Source: Luteitalea sp. (GTDB lineage: Bacteria > Acidobacteriota > Vicinamibacteria > Vicinamibacterales > Vicinamibacteraceae). Taken from it: a DNA stretch of 32,000 nt. The stretch lies in contig JBKJQW010000052.1 of the NCBI GenBank assembly GCA_046593715.1, positions 28,595 to 60,594 of the forward strand. Reading direction: 5' to 3'. Each line of letters begins with the position of its first letter. The stretch's first letter is position 1. The notes beneath the pieces were generated by a model. The model was not told the origin of the DNA and searched no databases. It worked only from the letters and a program-made list of their open reading frames with translations. The position numbers and the translations under genes were made by a program. Positions 31,980 to 32,000 of this stretch are shown piece after piece.

Positions 31980-32000
31980 GCCGCTGTGCGTGATCCGTGG

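Noticed and set aside
1-32000. A search for mobile elements, CRISPR arrays, tandem or dispersed repeats, toxin-antitoxin pairs, restriction-modification or other defence genes, and rRNA/tRNA/other structured RNA genes.
   Set aside because: I recognised none by eye. Composition and codon bias look uniform, and every gap longer than 60 nt is accounted for as a promoter or junction region. A computational scan (tRNAscan-SE, Infernal/Rfam, ISfinder, PADLOC/DefenseFinder) would be needed to exclude small or divergent elements.

Overview
This is a high-GC (about 70% by eye, not computed), compositionally uniform and tightly packed stretch of core chromosome. It probably comes from a diderm bacterium, because it encodes an LptC/OstA-like protein, a BamB-like lipoprotein and Psd/PssA. 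I support 24 CDS. On the minus strand, 1-8605 holds a co-directional array guaA > dnaE > accA > recJ > lptC-like. Next come a PQQ/BamB-like beta-propeller lipoprotein (+), then a class-I aminotransferase and an unknown polytopic membrane protein (-, coupled). A 1335-aa orphan HAMP histidine kinase (+) follows, then psd-pssA (-), DUF465 (-), tsaB-rimI (-) and mutS with a coupled orphan family-5 solute-binding lipoprotein (+). After those are a YbfF/ABHD11-like hydrolase (-), DUF72 (+), quinone oxidoreductase (-), MATE efflux + ACC-deaminase/D-Cys-desulfhydrase-family PLP enzyme + amidohydrolase-2 (+), an FKBP lipoprotein and a HExxPGHH (DUF885-like) protein (-). I found no rRNA, tRNA, CRISPR, transposase/integrase, phage or recognisable defence genes, and no compositional island. 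Most long ORFs in the supplied track are antisense shadow ORFs typical of GC3-rich genomes. I do not see a clear novel multi-gene system. The best lead is a DUF72 protein whose extreme N-terminus carries the consensus beta-clamp-binding pentapeptide QLSLF, while DnaE and MutS in the same window show their own clamp motifs at the expected positions. Secondary leads are the giant orphan sensor kinase, a mirror-symmetric leaderless-type divergent promoter/dyad between qor and the MATE operon, a structured psd upstream region, and pervasive stop/start and convergent 3' overlaps. All family calls come from motif recognition by eye, not from database searches.
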